NCBI GenBank assembly: GCA_963707985.1
Contig: CAVPRW010000024.1
Coordinates: forward strand, 160,001 to 224,000
Direction: 5' to 3'
Length of the DNA stretch: 64,000 nt
Source: an uncultured Nitrospinota bacterium
GTDB lineage: Bacteria; Tectomicrobia; Entotheonellia; J063; CAVPRW01
Shown in pieces: positions 61,288 to 64,000 of the stretch. The translations under genes and the position numbers were made by a program. The notes beneath the pieces are model-generated. The model was not told the DNA's origin. It did no database searches and worked only from the letters and a program-made list of their open reading frames with translations. How positions within the stretch are numbered: the stretch's first letter is position 1; each line of letters starts with the position of its first letter.

Positions 61288-62199
61288 TTAACCCCTAATC
61301 GCCGCCTGTGCGAACTCGACGTTGACATGTTCAGCGTAGGGATAGCGCTTGCTGATAAACCCACCGCCGATAAGGATATCTTGCAAATAATTGAACCCCT
61401 CTTCCCGTAACAGAGGATCGCGTGACCAGGTCTCTTGGGTCAGATAGCGCCGTACGGCACGCGTCCGGATGTCCGGCTCGACATCGGGGAAAGAAGGCGA
61501 TATGAGCTGAGAAATCTCCTCTGCAGCGTGCTGGAAGATCCACTGCTGAGCATGATAATAAGCCTCGGTAAAGCGCTGCAGGACCTCGGCATGGCTCGCC
61601 GCATATGCTGGTGTGGTGAGATAGGCACTGAAGGGTATGGCGCCCACCGCGTCGCCCTCAGAGGCGACCACCGAGCCCCGTCCGCTGTGGACCAGGCGCT
61701 CGACCGCTGGCTGCCCTTGCTCGATGTAGTCGGCCTCGCCGCGCAGGAACATCTGCACCGCCTGCGCGGTCGGCACCTCGGTGATCAGCGTGATGGCACC
61801 GATGTCGATGCCATAATTACGCAGCACTTGTTGTAGACACAGCCAGGGTGTCTCCGCCTCGGCGAACAGGATAACCCGGCTACCCATCAGGTCCGCCCAC
61901 TGAAACCGTGGTTGTGGCCCGTGACCGACCACAAAAAAGCCATCCCGATTATTGACCTGTATGATACTGATGATCCGGTCGGGACTGCCCTTTTCAGCAA
62001 GATCAAGGCCCCGGATGGGTCCGCTCAGGCCAAGCTCGGCCTCGCCCTTCACGAGTGCGCTGGTAAGCTCCCCGCCGCTATCGGCCGTCCTGACCTCGAC
62101 CGCCAGTTTCTGCCGTTCAAAAACCCCCAGATGCATGGCGACGAAGTGGGGCGTGTAAAAAAGCGAGTGAAACCGCAGGATGATGCGCACAGTATCCAT
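61288..62199 (-). CDS. ABC transporter substrate-binding protein, NMT1/THI5/SsuA family
   Basis: FYTPHFVA, GEAELGLSGP, RDGFFVVG, WADL.G; no clear signal peptide. Confidence 0.8.
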   Translation of the reverse strand: MDTVRIILRFHSLFYTPHFVAMHLGVFERQKLAVEVRTADSGGELTSALVKGEAELGLSGPIRGLDLAEKGSPDRIISIIQVNNRDGFFVVGHGPQPRFQWADLMGSRVILFAEAETPWLCLQQVLRNYGIDIGAITLITEVPTAQAVQMFLRGEADYIEQGQPAVERLVHSGRGSVVASEGDAVGAIPFSAYLTTPAYAASHAEVLQRFTEAYYHAQQWIFQHAAEEISQLISPSFPDVEPDIRTRAVRRYLTQETWSRDPLLREEGFNYLQDILIGGGFISKRYPYAEHVNVEFAQAAIRG

Positions 62200-62218
62200 A
62201 AAGGTCTTTTGCGTCCTC

Positions 62219-64000
62219 TCAAGCTGGTGCCACTTCGACCATGGCATCGAAAGCGGCCTGGCCCGCGGAGAAGTGGAAGATGTCGACCGCCTCATCTGGA
62301 ATCGCCGGCGCCCCTGACGTCAATCGGTTCAGCCCCTCCCAACCATCGCGCATCCACACCGTCCCAGATGGGATGCGTTCGGTCACCTGGGCATACGCCT
62401 GAAACTCGCCGCGCTCGTTATAGATGCGAATCGGTCCACCGTCCTGGAGGCCACGGGTGGCGGCATCCAGCGGCGAGATCCACAGCCGCGGGGCGGGATC
62501 GAGCTTGGCCAATGAGGGCAGGGCGCGTCCGTGGTCGTAGAAACTATGAAAGTGCGTCAACGTTCGTCCCTGGCGCAACGTCAGCGGATACGGCGAGGGC
62601 GGCAACGGCTCATACACCGGCAGTGGAGGCAGACCAAGCGCTCGTGCACGGTCCGAGAAAAACTCTACCTTCGTCGACGGCGTATCATAGCGGTGATCGG
62701 GATAGGCCACGTGTGAGATGTGCATGGCTCTGATCCCACCCTCAGCGCGCAGATCGGCCACGGTCGCATAGCCCGTCGAGGGATGGGCGAGGAGGGCGTC
62801 GATCATCGCTTCCTCCGTTTCCCAGGGGAAGAACTCTGTGACGCCGAGACGATCCGCCAGGGCTCTCAGAATCCAGGTCAGAGGGCGTGTCTCCCCCGGC
62901 GCTTCGAGGGCCTGCTCCATGAGGTAGAGATGCGTGTTGGTCATCTTGCAGCCCAACTGCTCCAGCCAGGCAGTGCCGGGGAGAACGACATCGGCGAAGC
63001 GGCGTGCCGTGCCATTCATGAACAGGTCGTGGCAGACAATGAGGTCCGTGCGGGCGAAACCGGCCTCCAGACGCTCAGCATCCGCGAATGATGACAGCAT
63101 ATCGGTGCCAAACAGCAGCATGGCGCGGACGCGGCCGTCGAGAAGCGATTCGATCATGTGCGACATCTGGTTCGGGATGTAGGTGCCGGGTGGACGGGCG
63201 CTCGTCGGGACAATGCTCGCCAGCGCCTGGCCGTGGCTGGTGCTGCCATGCCGAGGCCCCAGACCGCTGCCTGGCAACCCCAGGTTGCCGGTGAGAGCCG
63301 GGAGGCAGGCGATCGCGCGTCCGTTTTGCCAACCATTGGCGCCCTTGTGCATGGAACTGCCACCCATGAGGATCATTGACGGCCGCGTAGCGGCATAGCG
63401 GCGGGCCAGTGCCACGATCTGCGCGGCCGGGATACCAGTGATGTCAGCGGCCCATGTGGGTGAATAGTGTTTCACATGTGCCGCCAGCTCTGCAAAACCC
63501 ACCGTATGGTGCGCCACGAAATCCCGACTGTAGAGCTCTTCACCGATGATCACGTGCATCAGCGCCAGGGCCAGGGCAGCATCCGTACCAGGGCGGATTC
63601 GCAGCACCTCATCCGATTGCGCGGCGGCTTCCGTGTCACGCACGTCGATGGTCACGACGTAAGCGCCGCGACGTTTAGCGGCGATCAGGTAACGGCCCGT
63701 ATTGGGCTGACTGGTGAGATTGGCTCCCCAGAGGATGATGAGATTGGCGTGCTGGCCCATATCCTCCTTGGTGTTGGTTTCGAGAATGCCGGTGAGCCCA
63801 AGTCCAAAGGCGCCCAGTCCCCAGCAAATCATCGTGGGATTCCACTGCTGGCAGCCATAGAGATGGGCAAAGCGACGCATGAGCTGGCCGCCGATACGTG
63901 TGCCATAGTTGGTGGCGGAATTACCATGTCCGGACCAGATGCCCACCGCCTCTCGTCCGACCGCCTGCATACGCTCAACGATCAGGTCCAGCGCCTCATC
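62219..64000 (-). CDS. Molybdopterin-dependent oxidoreductase (DMSO reductase family); 5' end outside the window
   Basis: TMICWG, ILWGAN, IRPGTDAAL, ADVVLP...WLE, HFHS, C-terminal Mo-bisPGD binding domain. Confidence 0.9.
   Translation of the reverse strand, partial: DEALDLIVERMQAVGREAVGIWSGHGNSATNYGTRIGGQLMRRFAHLYGCQQWNPTMICWGLGAFGLGLTGILETNTKEDMGQHANLIILWGANLTSQPNTGRYLIAAKRRGAYVVTIDVRDTEAAAQSDEVLRIRPGTDAALALALMHVIIGEELYSRDFVAHHTVGFAELAAHVKHYSPTWAADITGIPAAQIVALARRYAATRPSMILMGGSSMHKGANGWQNGRAIACLPALTGNLGLPGSGLGPRHGSTSHGQALASIVPTSARPPGTYIPNQMSHMIESLLDGRVRAMLLFGTDMLSSFADAERLEAGFARTDLIVCHDLFMNGTARRFADVVLPGTAWLEQLGCKMTNTHLYLMEQALEAPGETRPLTWILRALADRLGVTEFFPWETEEAMIDALLAHPSTGYATVADLRAEGGIRAMHISHVAYPDHRYDTPSTKVEFFSDRARALGLPPLPVYEPLPPSPYPLTLRQGRTLTHFHSFYDHGRALPSLAKLDPAPRLWISPLDAATRGLQDGGPIRIYNERGEFQAYAQVTERIPSGTVWMRDGWEGLNRLTSGAPAIPDEAVDIFHFSAGQAAFDAMVEVAPA

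Noticed and set aside
1..64000. CRISPR array, rRNA, tRNA, IS transposase, integrase or prophage genes
   Set aside because: No regularly spaced repeats or recognisable signatures were seen by eye. A tRNAscan/Infernal run would be needed to exclude small RNAs formally.

Overview
Bacterial chromosomal window of roughly 58-60% GC by eye. The gene content suggests a free-living diderm of the Tectomicrobia/Nitrospinae/deltaproteobacterial grade, but this is inference only. The left half (1-32 kb) is mostly housekeeping and envelope genes: pilT/pilU, a pspA locus with a CesT/YbjN chaperone, CAAX protease, hflKC and DUF350, yicC-gmk-coaBC-udg, rarA, PBP1A with a convergent LpoA-like lipoprotein, khpA, a cold-shock gene, folB, an HDAC, nth, a VWA protein, GTP-PEPCK, a GT39 glycosyltransferase and a cdaA-YbbR fusion. 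The right half is accessory and catabolic: amidase, racemase, an AbfD/HpaB-family flavoprotein, a PQQ dehydrogenase plus cytochrome c, glycerate kinase, D-aminoacylase, GGT and a Mo-oxidoreductase, with several internally deleted gene remnants. About a dozen single-base frameshifts in otherwise intact genes look like sequencing errors. The top candidates for novelty are: (1) an orphan three-gene operon at 32.5-35.0 kb whose first protein aligns, motif by motif and by eye, with the Pup-ligase/deamidase (PafA/Dop) fold, with no Pup/UBact tag or proteasome nearby; (2) a DUF559 nuclease gene bracketed by inverted 33-bp palindromic repeats that also occur in decayed form across the window; (3) an AbfD-like protein lacking its Fe-S cysteines; (4) a small secreted Pro/Cys-tailed peptide. 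No rRNA, tRNA, CRISPR array or transposase was recognised.
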